Assembly: GCA_016192455.1 (NCBI GenBank) | Contig: JACPUC010000012.1 | Coordinates: 1-64,000, forward strand | Direction of reading: 5' to 3' | Length of the DNA: 64,000 nt | Origin: Candidatus Tectimicrobiota bacterium | GTDB taxonomy: Bacteria; JACPUC01 | In this document: positions 23,483 through 37,137 of the stretch, in pieces | Layout: every line of letters begins with the position of its first letter | Numbering within the stretch: position 1 is the first letter of the stretch | The notes under the pieces: model-generated | The model's input: the letters and a program-made list of their open reading frames with translations, nothing else | What the model was told of the DNA's origin: nothing | Databases searched by the model: none | Translations under genes and position numbers: made by a program

Positions 23483-24409
23483 ATGGCTGCATCCGATTCC
23501 GGCGCCCAGCAGAACGAGGGGAAGGTGCGCGACCCTCTCGCCACGGCCCGCACCCTCGTCGAAGCCCTGCCGTACATCCAGAAGTTCGCCGGCAAGCGCA
23601 TCGTCATCAAGTACGGCGGCCACGCCATGGTGGATGCGCGGCTGAAGGAGAGCTTCGCGCAGGATATCGTCCTCATGCGCTACGTCGGCATCAGCCCGAT
23701 CGTCGTGCACGGCGGCGGGCCGCAGATCGGCGAGACGCTGGCGAAGATGGGCAAGGAGTCGCACTTCATCCAGGGGCTGCGCGTCACCGACCATGAGACG
23801 CTCGACATCGTCGAGATGGTGCTGGGCGGCAAGGTGAACAAGGAGATCGTGGCCCTGCTGAATCGCCACGGCGGCCGCGCCGTCGGCCTGAGCGGCAAGG
23901 ACGGGCAGCTCATCCTGGCGAGCAAGATGAACCTGACGCGGGCGGCGGCCGACGGCGGGGCGCCGGAGATCATTGATCTCGGCATGGTTGGCTCGGTGCG
24001 CAAGGTGAACCCCGGCATCATCACGGTGCTCGATGCGAACGGCTACATTCCGGTGGTAGCCCCAATCGGCGTCGATGCCGCCGGCGCGTCGTACAACATC
24101 AACGCCGACACGGTGGCGAGCAAGATCGCCAGCGCGCTGCAGGCCGAGAAGCTCCTCCTCCTCACCGATGTGCCCGGCATCCTCGACGCCCAGCAGCGCA
24201 TCATCTCCTCACTGCGGCGGGCCGAGATTGATCAGCTCATCGCCGACGGCACCATCAGCGGCGGCATGCTGCCGAAGGTGGAGGCCTGCCTGTCGGCCCT
24301 GGATGCCGGCGTGGCGAAGACGCACATCGTTGACGGGCGCGTCGAGCATGCGGTACTATTGGAAATCTTCACCGACCACGGCGTGGGCACCGAGATCACG
24401 CAGAGCTAG
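23483..24409 (+). CDS. argB: Acetylglutamate kinase
   Basis: [47 protein letters not shown]. Confidence 0.97.
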   Translation: MAASDSGAQQNEGKVRDPLATARTLVEALPYIQKFAGKRIVIKYGGHAMVDARLKESFAQDIVLMRYVGISPIVVHGGGPQIGETLAKMGKESHFIQGLRVTDHETLDIVEMVLGGKVNKEIVALLNRHGGRAVGLSGKDGQLILASKMNLTRAAADGGAPEIIDLGMVGSVRKVNPGIITVLDANGYIPVVAPIGVDAAGASYNINADTVASKIASALQAEKLLLLTDVPGILDAQQRIISSLRRAEIDQLIADGTISGGMLPKVEACLSALDAGVAKTHIVDGRVEHAVLLEIFTDHGVGTEITQS

Positions 24410-24441
24410 CCACGACCGCCTCCTTCCGACGCGTCCTTGAG

Positions 24442-25653
24442 ATGACCCCCATGGATACGCAGGAGATCATGGCGCGTGGGCAAGCCTTTCTTGCCGGCAC
24501 CTACGGGCGGGCTCCCGTGGCCTTCACACGCGGCGCCGGCACGCGCCTGTGGGACAGCGACGGCAGGGAGTACCTCGACTTCGTCAGCGGCATCGCCGTC
24601 TGCAACGTGGGCCACTGCCACCCCAAGGTGGTGGCCGCCATCCAGGAGCAGGCGCAGCGCCTGCTGCACGTTTCCAACCTCTACTACATCGAGCCGCAGG
24701 TCCGCTTGGCGCGCTGGTTGGCGGAGCACTCCTTCGCGGACAAGAGCTTTTTCTGCAACAGCGGCGCCGAGGCGATCGAGGCGGCGCTGAAGCTGGCGCG
24801 GCGCCATGCCGCCACGCGCTGCGGGCCGCAGCGCCACGAGGTCGTCTGCATGGAGAACTCCTTCCACGGCCGCACCTTCGGCGCCCTCTCCGCCACGATG
24901 CAGCCGAAGTACCAGGAAGGCTTCCAGCCCCTCGTGCCGGGTTTCGTGAGCGTGCCGTTCAATGATCTGCCGGCGCTCGAGCGCGCGGTGACCGAACGGA
25001 CCTGCGCGGTGCTCCTCGAACCGATCCAGGGGGCGGGGGGCGTCAACGTCCCCGATCGCGGCTACCTAGCGGCCGTGCGCCGCGTCTGCGACGAGCGCGG
25101 GGCGCTGCTCATCTTCGACGAAATCCAGACCGGCCTGGGGCGCACCGGCACCCTCTTCGCCTACGAGGACGAGGGCGTGGAGCCGGACATCATGGCCCTG
25201 GCGAAGGGTTTGGCGGGCGGCGTGCCGATGGGCGCCATGCTGGCGCGGGACGAGGTGATGGCGGCGTTCACCCCGGGCAGCCACGCCTCCACCTTCGGCG
25301 GCAACCCGCTGGCCAGCGCGGCCGCCTTCGCCACCGTCTCGGTGATCGAGGAAGAGCACCTGGTGGAGCACGGCCGCAAGGTGGGGGCCTACTTCGCCGC
25401 CGGCCTCGAACGCCTGGGGGAGTACTTCCCGCGCCTGGGCCGCGTGCGCGGCCGCGGTCTGCTCCTGGGGTTGGAGCTGCCCGTCGAGGGGGCGCCCGCC
25501 GTCGATGCCTGCCGGCAGCGCGGCTTCCTCATCAACTGCATCAAAGGCTCGGTGCTCCGCTTCCTGCCGCCTCTGCTCATCCAGGAGCAGGAAGTGGAGG
25601 CCCTCCTGACCTGCCTCCACGAGGTCTTCACCGAGTTGGATGGACTGCGATGA
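24442..25653 (+). CDS. argD: Acetylornithine aminotransferase
   Basis: YLDF.SGIAV, NSGAEA, SFHGRT, DEIQTGLGRTG, AKGLAGG, HASTFGGNPL. Confidence 0.96.
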   Translation: MTPMDTQEIMARGQAFLAGTYGRAPVAFTRGAGTRLWDSDGREYLDFVSGIAVCNVGHCHPKVVAAIQEQAQRLLHVSNLYYIEPQVRLARWLAEHSFADKSFFCNSGAEAIEAALKLARRHAATRCGPQRHEVVCMENSFHGRTFGALSATMQPKYQEGFQPLVPGFVSVPFNDLPALERAVTERTCAVLLEPIQGAGGVNVPDRGYLAAVRRVCDERGALLIFDEIQTGLGRTGTLFAYEDEGVEPDIMALAKGLAGGVPMGAMLARDEVMAAFTPGSHASTFGGNPLASAAAFATVSVIEEEHLVEHGRKVGAYFAAGLERLGEYFPRLGRVRGRGLLLGLELPVEGAPAVDACRQRGFLINCIKGSVLRFLPPLLIQEQEVEALLTCLHEVFTELDGLR

Positions 25654-26588
25654 TCCGCCACTTGCGGACGATCGTGGATCTCAGCCGGGCTGAGATCGAG
25701 GCGCTGCTGGAGCTGGCGCGGCTGATCAAGAGGCTTGGGCTGCCGGAGTCGTATGCGCGGGTGACGCGGGGCAAGACCCTCGGCATGCTCTTCCAGAAGC
25801 CGTCCACCCGCACCCGCGTCTCCTTCGAGGTGGGGATGGTGCAGCTCGGCGGCAGCGCCATCTTCCTCACCGAGGATAGCCTGCAACTGAAGCGGGGCGA
25901 GACCATCGCCGACACCGCGGCGGTGCTGTCGCGCTACCTCGATCTCATCGTCCTGCGCACCCGCGACCACGGCTTCCTCGTCACCTTCGCCGAGCACGCC
26001 AGCATTCCGGTCATCAACGGCTTGACCGACCAGTACCACCCCTGTCAGATTCTCTCCGACCTGTTGACCATCCAGGAAAAGTTCGGCGGGCTGCGGGGCA
26101 TCAAGCTGACCTACCTTGGGGATGGGAACAACATCGCGCATTCCTGGCTCTTGGGCGCCGCGCAGCTCGGCCTGCGCCTGACCGTCGCCTCGCCCGCCGG
26201 CTACGAGCCCGAGGCCTCCATCGTGGCGCAGGCCCTGGAACTGGCCCGCGAGACCAAGGCGCAGATCGAGATCACGCACGATCCGATTGCGGCGGTGCAG
26301 GATGCCGACATCCTTTACACCGACGTCTGGGTGAGCATGGGGATGGAAGAGACGCGCCAGGGCGGATGCTCTGCCTTCCACCCGTATCAGATCAATGGCG
26401 CGCTGCTCGCCAGGACGGGCAAACCAACCAAGGTCATGCACTGCCTGCCGGCGCACCGGGGTGAAGAGATCACCGACGACGTGCTGGACAGCTCCGCGTC
26501 CATCGTCTTCGACCAGGCGGAGAACCGTCTTCACCTGCAGAAAGCCCTCGTCACGCAGATGCTCGTGTGGGCTGCGGAGCGTGCCTAG
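25650..26588 (+). CDS. argF: Ornithine carbamoyltransferase
   Basis: [29 protein letters not shown]. Confidence 0.96.
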   Translation: MIRHLRTIVDLSRAEIEALLELARLIKRLGLPESYARVTRGKTLGMLFQKPSTRTRVSFEVGMVQLGGSAIFLTEDSLQLKRGETIADTAAVLSRYLDLIVLRTRDHGFLVTFAEHASIPVINGLTDQYHPCQILSDLLTIQEKFGGLRGIKLTYLGDGNNIAHSWLLGAAQLGLRLTVASPAGYEPEASIVAQALELARETKAQIEITHDPIAAVQDADILYTDVWVSMGMEETRQGGCSAFHPYQINGALLARTGKPTKVMHCLPAHRGEEITDDVLDSSASIVFDQAENRLHLQKALVTQMLVWAAERA

Positions 26589-26688
26589 GCGCCGCACCCC
26601 CCTGAAACTCGGAACACCGCTGCGATTGCCAGGCTCCGGCAGGAGCCGGAGCCATGGGTCACCCCCCGCGCTGAGGAGACTCCGCACC

Positions 26689-27879
<1,191 letters not shown>

Positions 27880-27922
27880 CAGCCGGCGCGGCAGACGGCC
27901 AGCCGGGGGAGGCCAGCAGGGG

Positions 27923-27948
27923 AGGGCGCCTGAAGGGGGCCCTTTTTT
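27923..27948 (+). terminator. Putative intrinsic terminator after argG
   Basis: Imperfect GC hairpin agggcgcc...gggggccct followed by a T-run. Confidence 0.45.
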
Positions 27949-28075
27949 AGGGGTGAGAGCCGCCGCCGAGGTCGGCATCCGGACGCTCTGCGGGCCGCTG
28001 CGGGCGCGCCCGGCGCGGCAGCGCTCCTGGAGGCGTGGCGGGCGGGCTGCCCGTTGCGAGGCGAGAGAAACCGTC

Positions 28076-29572
28076 GTGAAGAGGTCTGAGTATCACGCCA
28101 TCGTACTGGGAAGCGGCATCGGCGGCTTGGTCTGCGCCGCGATGTTGACGCGCCGTGGGCTGCGAGTCCTCGTCCTGGAGCCAGGGCACCAGCCCGGCGG
28201 CAGCAATGGCGTGGTCGATCGTGAGCCGTACCGATTCGGGCTCGGGAGCTCCGTGGCCTGGGGCTTCCACGAAGGCGACGTAATCCATACCCTGCTGACG
28301 GAGCTGGGCTGCCTCGACGATCTGCTGCACAACCATCGCCTTATCCAGCAGCTCCACGTACCCCTCCAGGTCATCCTGCCGTACCACCGACTCAACGTTT
28401 ACTCCCAGCGCGCGCTCCTCTACCAGGAAGTGGAACGGGAGCTGGGGGAGGACCTTGATGAGCTGCGGCTGTTCTACGAGACCATGGACGCCCTTGCCAA
28501 TCTGCTCGACCGCCTGAAGGTCGGCTATCCTTTCGTGGGCCATCCCGCCCACGGCATCCGCGGCAGCCTGCGAAGGAGTACGGCCGGCGGCGCGCTGCGA
28601 GACTGTCAGCGCCAGCTCGAGCACATCTTCACCGGCAAGGTGATCCGCCCGGAGACGCGCGCCTTCCTGGCGGCGCAGGCGCGATTCTTCGGCGCCATCC
28701 CCTTCACCCCGCAGGCGATCCAGCAGCTCGCCTCCCTGTACCGGTTGCCGCAGCGCGGCGTCTATACCTTTCGCGGCGGCGGCTGGGGTTTCGCCAAGTT
28801 CCTTGCTGATCGCGTGCGCGCCTTCGGGGGCAGCATCGTGTACGGGGCGGGAATCGATGATCTCTTGCTGAACGGCTCGCGGGTGATGGGGGTGCGCGCC
28901 CGGCTGGAAGGCTCACCGGTCAGCCTCACGGCGGAGCACACGGTGGCGAACCTCAGTCTTGAGTTTCTCCTCACGCACCTGCTCCGCGAAGCGCCGCGGC
29001 TTGGCCGCCTGAAGAAGCGCTTCCTGCAGGCCCGCAGGCCGTGGGTAACGGTTTCCCTGCTTCTCGGGGTTGACGACGCCGTCATTCCCGAGCCGATGGC
29101 GAACCAGGCCCTCCTCATTCCTGATGAGACGTTGGCCCCTGAGGGGGAGAACCTCATTTCCCTGTCGGTGAATCCTATCTGGGACGACAGCCGCGCTCCG
29201 GCCGGCAAACGGAGCCTGTTGGTGACGACCTACCTGCCAAGCCCGCAAAACGGCATCGACAACCTTCCGTCCGTGGATGAGGAATTCTGCCAAAGACTGC
29301 TGCTGCGGCTGGGCCGCGTCCTGCCGTTCCTCTCTTCGTCCATCGAGTACCAGGCCGTGCTGCAGCCGAGCGACTATCTCGAGGCCACCCTGCGGCCTGC
29401 TGACGACCTCGTGCGCCTTGAGGGGTTCCCCCAGGAGCCTGGCCTGAGTGGACTTCCCCTGCACCTCGGGCTGAAGAACCTCCTCCTGGTCGGTTCTGAC
29501 AGCTACCTGGGACCAAGCTGCGCCGGCTCGGTCATGTCGGGGTGGCTGGCGGCCGAAGCCGCCACCTCGTAG
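28076..29572 (+). CDS. FAD-dependent oxidoreductase, phytoene-desaturase-like (COG1233 type)
   Basis: IVLGSGIGGL dinucleotide fold, E...PGG, RAPAGK, C-terminal LKNLLLVG...G...SGWLAA. Confidence 0.82.
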   Translation: MKRSEYHAIVLGSGIGGLVCAAMLTRRGLRVLVLEPGHQPGGSNGVVDREPYRFGLGSSVAWGFHEGDVIHTLLTELGCLDDLLHNHRLIQQLHVPLQVILPYHRLNVYSQRALLYQEVERELGEDLDELRLFYETMDALANLLDRLKVGYPFVGHPAHGIRGSLRRSTAGGALRDCQRQLEHIFTGKVIRPETRAFLAAQARFFGAIPFTPQAIQQLASLYRLPQRGVYTFRGGGWGFAKFLADRVRAFGGSIVYGAGIDDLLLNGSRVMGVRARLEGSPVSLTAEHTVANLSLEFLLTHLLREAPRLGRLKKRFLQARRPWVTVSLLLGVDDAVIPEPMANQALLIPDETLAPEGENLISLSVNPIWDDSRAPAGKRSLLVTTYLPSPQNGIDNLPSVDEEFCQRLLLRLGRVLPFLSSSIEYQAVLQPSDYLEATLRPADDLVRLEGFPQEPGLSGLPLHLGLKNLLLVGSDSYLGPSCAGSVMSGWLAAEAATS

Positions 29573-29642
29573 TGCCCAACCTCCAGGCCCCAGCGTGCGC
29601 CTTCCCCCCTCTTTTTCCTGACCACGCGGAGAGAGCGCGCCA

Positions 29643-29682
29643 CGAGCAAGGGCCTTGCCCTCGACGGCAAGGCCCTTGCTCG
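29643..29682. terminator. Perfect 17-bp-stem hairpin between convergent genes
   Basis: cgagcaagggccttgcc-ctcgac-ggcaaggcccttgctcg; no U-tract, so the terminator role is uncertain. Confidence 0.45.
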
Positions 29683-29821
29683 ACTCGCGTACATCGAGAT
29701 CATTCCGGGCGGCCGCTACCCCAGCGGGCAGAGCGCACACCCTTCACGATCTGGTCGGGAGCGTGGCGCCGCACCCGGCTCCGCGGCGCACGGCCAGAGC
29801 TGCCGCCCCCGCATCAACCGC

Positions 29822-30610
29822 TTACCTTAGCGTCTCCGCTAAGGCCGGGGGTTGCTGCGGCGAGGTTTCCAGGTGCGGCGTGCAATGCGCCACCTTCACT
29901 CCAAGGTAGAGCTTGCCACGGTAGCGGATGCGCTGGTTCTCCAGCTCTCCGAGGCCGGTCATCTTCAAGCCGTAGCGCTCGAAGGTCTGCCGCAGGCTGT
30001 CGATGTCATAGAGCTGCCAGCCGATGCGCTGGGCGAGGCGGCGCAGCCAGGGATGCGGACGGGAGAGACAGACCTTGAACCAGACGCCAATTTCTCCCCC
30101 GACCTTGAGCGTGCGGGCCATCTCCGCAATGCCCAACTCCTCGTCGAAGTACGCGAAGGCGACCATCCCCATGGTGCCGCAGGTCACGGCCACATCGCAG
30201 GACTGATCGGCGAGCGGAATCGCTTCGATGCTGGCATGCACGGCAGCGAGGTTGCGGGGCCCCTTGTGCTGCTGCTTCAGGACCTGAAGCTGATCGGAGC
30301 TGACATCAATGCCGATGACCCGGCGCGCCAGCGGCGCCAAGCGCTCCGCCAACAGGCCGGTTCCCGTGCCCGCGTCAAGGACGACCGCATCCTTGATGTT
30401 TAGGTTGCGCATGAAAGCTTCAAAGAAGGCATTGTAGCGCTTCGAGGTGACGTTGCCGTCGAAGACGACGTCGTAGGTCGGCGCCATGTGACGGTACAGT
30501 TCCTCGATGTCATGGCGATAGCGGATTGTCCAGAAGGTCCATTTCAACTTCTCCTTGCGGTAAAGAAGAAGATCGCGCAGGCGTACTCCGAAAGATGCAA
30601 GTTTCGACAT
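29822..30610 (-). CDS. Class I SAM-dependent methyltransferase
   Basis: VLDAGTGTG, IGIDVS, IPLADQSCD, EMARTLKVGG; RBS AAGGA. Confidence 0.88.
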   Translation of the reverse strand: MSKLASFGVRLRDLLLYRKEKLKWTFWTIRYRHDIEELYRHMAPTYDVVFDGNVTSKRYNAFFEAFMRNLNIKDAVVLDAGTGTGLLAERLAPLARRVIGIDVSSDQLQVLKQQHKGPRNLAAVHASIEAIPLADQSCDVAVTCGTMGMVAFAYFDEELGIAEMARTLKVGGEIGVWFKVCLSRPHPWLRRLAQRIGWQLYDIDSLRQTFERYGLKMTGLGELENQRIRYRGKLYLGVKVAHCTPHLETSPQQPPALAETLR

Positions 30611-30742
30611 TCCTTATCCTTGCGAGATGGAAGAAGAGGATGAGGGCCAAACTGGGCGTGCACCTACCGACGTGCTCTCCGCGTTGGGGTTGGCGGGGCC
30701 GAGAACCCGCCACTGTTCTCTTAACCTCTCGAAATCGAAAGC

Positions 30743-30772
30743 ATTACTACTGCACGGCGACGTATCTGTCAA
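30743..30772 (-). promoter_or_regulatory. Putative sigma70 promoter for the methyltransferase
   Basis: Minus strand TTGACA-N17-TAGTAAT in an AT-richer patch. Confidence 0.5.
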
Positions 30773-30964
30773 GAAGAATTCCGTCTCCACGGGAGACAAA
30801 AGCGGCCTCTTGCCGCGCCGACCGAGGAGAGCTTGCCCGCGGAACCTGACCCCCCGCTTTTCCGCCTGGCCAAGCGCTCCTCACCTTTCTCCCCGCCACC
30901 TCTCTCCGCGGCCCCGGCGAGCTGCGGTCCGATGCCGCTCTCACTCCTATCGCCGCAGTCCTTC

Positions 30965-31894
30965 TCAGCGTTTGGTGCTGATGAGCTTCGCTTTGCTGCG
31001 GTCCGGCCGCTGGTGCTCCCGCCAGAGGACCACGATGGGGCTGGCGACGAAAATGGAGGAATAGGTGCCGACAATGATCCCCACCAGCAGCGCGAAGCTG
31101 AAGTCGTGGATCACCTCGCCGCCGAGGAAGAAGAGCGCCACCAGCACGATGAGCGTGGTCCCCGAGGTGAGGATGGTGCGGCTCAGAGTCTCGTTGACGC
31201 TGGCGTTGACCATCGTCTCGTACCCCTCCTTGCGGACGCGCCGCTGGTTCTCGCGAATGCGGTCAAAGACGACGATGGTGTCATTGAGCGAGTAGCCCAC
31301 CACGGTGAGGAGGGCGGCGATGACGGTGAGCGACATCTCTTTGCCGGTAATGGAGAAGGCGCCCAGGGTGATGAGGACATCGTGGATGAGCGCCACGATT
31401 GCGGCCACGCCGAACTTGAAGTCGAAGCGAATCGTGATGTAGATGATGAGGCCGATCATCGAGTAGACGATCGCCATGATCGCCTGCCGGATCAGATCGC
31501 GCCCCACCTTCGGACCCACCGTCTCGACGCGCTGCACCTCGAAGGCGTCCTTGCCGAACGCCCGGCCGATCTGCTGACGCACCGCGTCGCTCATTTTCTG
31601 GGGGTCTTCCTCGGTCTGCGGCAGGCGCACCAGCACTTCGTCGCGCTGGCCGAAGTGCTGGATCACCGCGTTCTCCATGCCTGCGCCACTCAGGGCCGAA
31701 CGCACCGCATCAATGGCAACCGGGCTCTTGAAGTGCATCTGCACGATCGTGCCGCCGGAGAAGTCGATACCCGGCACGAGCCCCCGCGCCAGGAAGAACA
31801 CGAAGGACAGCAGGATGAGTCCTCCGGATACGGCGAAGGCGTACTTCTTGCGGCCAAGGAAATCGTAGGTCGTGCCAGGAGGAATGAGCTGCAT
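30965..31894 (-). CDS. secF: Protein translocase subunit SecF
   Basis: GIDFSGG, VGPKVG, HDV, GYSLNDTIVVFDRIRE, TLSRT, GTYSSIF. Confidence 0.97.
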   Translation of the reverse strand: MQLIPPGTTYDFLGRKKYAFAVSGGLILLSFVFFLARGLVPGIDFSGGTIVQMHFKSPVAIDAVRSALSGAGMENAVIQHFGQRDEVLVRLPQTEEDPQKMSDAVRQQIGRAFGKDAFEVQRVETVGPKVGRDLIRQAIMAIVYSMIGLIIYITIRFDFKFGVAAIVALIHDVLITLGAFSITGKEMSLTVIAALLTVVGYSLNDTIVVFDRIRENQRRVRKEGYETMVNASVNETLSRTILTSGTTLIVLVALFFLGGEVIHDFSFALLVGIIVGTYSSIFVASPIVVLWREHQRPDRSKAKLISTKR

Positions 31895-32001
31895 TCCGGT
31901 TCCCTCGTCGAACGTGGTGTGCGCTCCAAGCGAGCCCCAGGGAGAACCTCGCCGCCCCCGCATCAGTCAGCCCTTGCTGTTGATGCTGGGTTGCCGGGCC
32001 C

Positions 32002-33549
<1,548 letters not shown>

Positions 33550-33677
33550 GGTAGACCTCGCTGCTCTGCGCTGCTGCTCTTGGGACCCGATCTGCTCAAC
33601 TCAACCGCTCGCCGGGGCTGCTTGCCGGTGTCACCCGGCGGGCCGCCGCAGGTTCGAGGCCGGCCGGCGGATCGGAG

Positions 33678-33998
33678 CTACTCTTCGCGCACCGACGCAA
33701 TGGCGGATTTGTTCACATCCACGCGCACTTGCTCGGCGATCTGAATCGTGACGATGTCATCCTTCACCCGCGTCACCGTGCCATGGATGCCCCCTTGGGT
33801 GATCACCCGCTGGCCCTTCTTGAGCTGCTCGAGCACCTTGCGATGCCCGGCCTGGCGCTTCTGCTGCGGCCGGATGAGCAGGAAGTAGAAGATCGCGAAG
33901 ATGATGACGAGGGGGACGAAGCTGACGAGACCGACGCCACCTCCTCCATTCCCCGAGGATGCCGGGCTCCCCAGCGCATAGGCGGATTGTGCAAACAC
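33678..33998 (-). CDS. yajC: Preprotein translocase subunit YajC
   Basis: FYFLLIRPQQKR, L.KG..VIT.GGIHG. Confidence 0.95.
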   Translation of the reverse strand: MFAQSAYALGSPASSGNGGGGVGLVSFVPLVIIFAIFYFLLIRPQQKRQAGHRKVLEQLKKGQRVITQGGIHGTVTRVKDDIVTIQIAEQVRVDVNKSAIASVREE

Positions 33999-34098
33999 CG
34001 TCGTCACCTTCTTGAGTCGGATGGAGGGGAGGCACTGCCGCGTTGCCTGCGGCCGCAGGCAGGCCACAAGGCGTTCGACCCGCGCCAAGCTTCAGCGC

Positions 34099-35313
<1,215 letters not shown>

Positions 35314-35377
35314 TCAAGGAGGAGCGTTCCGGCTTCCTCCGAAGGTGCCGAATGTCGGCGCCGGCGAAGCCCCGCGA

Positions 35378-36946
35378 TCACGATGGCGTCGAAGAGGGGC
35401 TCGGCGCGCCGATGATGACGCAGAGGGCGGTGCTCACCGTGCCCGTGGCGGTTTCGACTTGCCAGACGTAGTTGCCGCTCTCGTTTGCCGTGAAGACAAT
35501 GCCCGGCAACGAGACCGTTCCTCCCGTGTCCGCGGCGTCGAAGGCGAGGACCGGCAACAGGGGGATGCCGGTGTCGAACTCGTTGACGAACAGCGTGTCG
35601 CGCGCCACGCCGGAGCGCCCGGACGGCAGGGTGGCGTTCAAGGTGAGGGTGAACGCCGCGCTGCTGGTGACCATGACGGGGGTGACGTCCAGGCGCGGCA
35701 GGCTGGTCGGGGCGACGGCGCTCACCCTGCGGATGCGGTTGGTGAATAAATCGGTGATGAAGAGGCTGCCGTCCGTGGCGATCGCCACGTCCTCGGGCAG
35801 CGCCACCCTTGCGCTCGCGGCCGGGCCGCCGTCGCCGCTGAGGCAACGCTCCCCGCTGCCCGCCACGGTGGTGATGATGCCGCCGGGATCAACCTTGCGC
35901 ACCCGGCTGTTGAAGTAATCGGCGATGTACAGGCTGCCGTCCGTGGCGATCGCCACACCGGTTGGCAATGACAGCCCGGCGCTCGTTGCCGGGCCGCCGT
36001 CGCCGCTGAAGTGGCCCTGGTTCAGCCCGATGGGGCCGCTGCCGGCGACGGTGCTGATGATGCCGCCGGGATCAACCTTGCGCACGCGGTGGTTAAAAAA
36101 ATCGCCGACGTAAAGGCTGCCGTCCGTGGCGATCGCCACGCTCGCGGGAATTGACAGCGTGGCGCTGGTCGCCGGGCCGCCGTCGCCGCTGAAGCCGCCC
36201 GCCTCGTACCCTACCACGCCGCTCCCCGCAACCGTGGTGATGATGCCGCCGGGATCAATCCGGCGGATGCGGTTGTTGCCGGTATCGGCGAAATAGAGGC
36301 TGCCGTCCGGGGCGATCGCCCCGCCGCTGGGGGAGGCGAGCATGGCCGTTGTCGCCGGGCCGCCGTCGCCATCGAAGCCGCCCTCGAACAGGAACCCCTG
36401 CGGGCCGCTGCCGGCGATGGTGCTGATGATGCCGCCTGGGTCCACCTTGCGGATGCGGTTGTTGTCGCGATCAGCGATGTAGAGGCTGCCGTCGGGCGCC
36501 ACCGCCACGCCTGCTGCAAGGTCGAGCATGGCGCTCGTCGCCGGGCCGCCGTCGCCGCCGAAACCGCCGAAGCCGTTGCCCGCCACGGTGGTGATGATGC
36601 CGTTGGGATCAATCCGGCGGATGCGGTAGCCGCCATCGACGAAGTAGAGGCTGCCGTCCGGCGCGATCGCCATGCGCGAGGGCACCCGCAGCATGGCGCT
36701 TGTTGCCGGGCCGCCGTCGCCGCTGAAGCCGCCCGCGATGAACCCGATCGGGCCGCTGCCGGCGACGGTGGTGATGATCCCCTGGCTTCTGGCGGGGTGC
36801 GGCAGGAAGACGAGGAGCCAGCTCAAGAGTGCCAGCGCGCCGAGGGCGCGCCTGCCGAGGCGTGCCGGCGCAAACCCGGCCTGCTGGCGCCGGGCCGCCC
36901 GCCAGGCCAAGCCGAGCCAAGGATTGACACCGCGGCGACGGGTCAT
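35378..36946 (-). CDS. Secreted NHL-repeat (teneurin-like) beta-propeller protein
   Basis: Signal-like N-terminus then six IIxTVAG...GDGGPA..A.L..P..A.A.DGSLY..D...RIR units and a beta-rich C-terminal domain; start uncertain. Confidence 0.88.
   Translation of the reverse strand: MTRRRGVNPWLGLAWRAARRQQAGFAPARLGRRALGALALLSWLLVFLPHPARSQGIITTVAGSGPIGFIAGGFSGDGGPATSAMLRVPSRMAIAPDGSLYFVDGGYRIRRIDPNGIITTVAGNGFGGFGGDGGPATSAMLDLAAGVAVAPDGSLYIADRDNNRIRKVDPGGIISTIAGSGPQGFLFEGGFDGDGGPATTAMLASPSGGAIAPDGSLYFADTGNNRIRRIDPGGIITTVAGSGVVGYEAGGFSGDGGPATSATLSIPASVAIATDGSLYVGDFFNHRVRKVDPGGIISTVAGSGPIGLNQGHFSGDGGPATSAGLSLPTGVAIATDGSLYIADYFNSRVRKVDPGGIITTVAGSGERCLSGDGGPAASARVALPEDVAIATDGSLFITDLFTNRIRRVSAVAPTSLPRLDVTPVMVTSSAAFTLTLNATLPSGRSGVARDTLFVNEFDTGIPLLPVLAFDAADTGGTVSLPGIVFTANESGNYVWQVETATGTVSTALCVIIGAPSPSSTPS
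35720..36780 (-). repeat. Six NHL coding repeats (about 170-185 bp each)
   Basis: Recurrent gccgggccgccgtcgcc and aggctgccgtc motifs at regular spacing. Confidence 0.85.
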
Positions 36947-37137
36947 CGGAGTAGCGGACAACACGTAGCCAGCGCCACGATGTTGATGATGCATGCCCTC
37001 TCCCCCCCCCCACGCCCCCTTGCCCCGAAGGTGCACCCCGCCCCTGCGGGAAAGGGAGCGCCAAAAACCCGCCCTTTCCGGCACCCCTTCCGCTCCAGGC
37101 AGCGGTGACCGTTTGGCAGTGAATTTCCGCGACCTAC

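Noticed and set aside
35720..36780. Periodic DNA repeats as CRISPR or DGR template
   Set aside because: Repeats are in-frame NHL coding units; no spacers, cas genes or reverse transcriptase in the window
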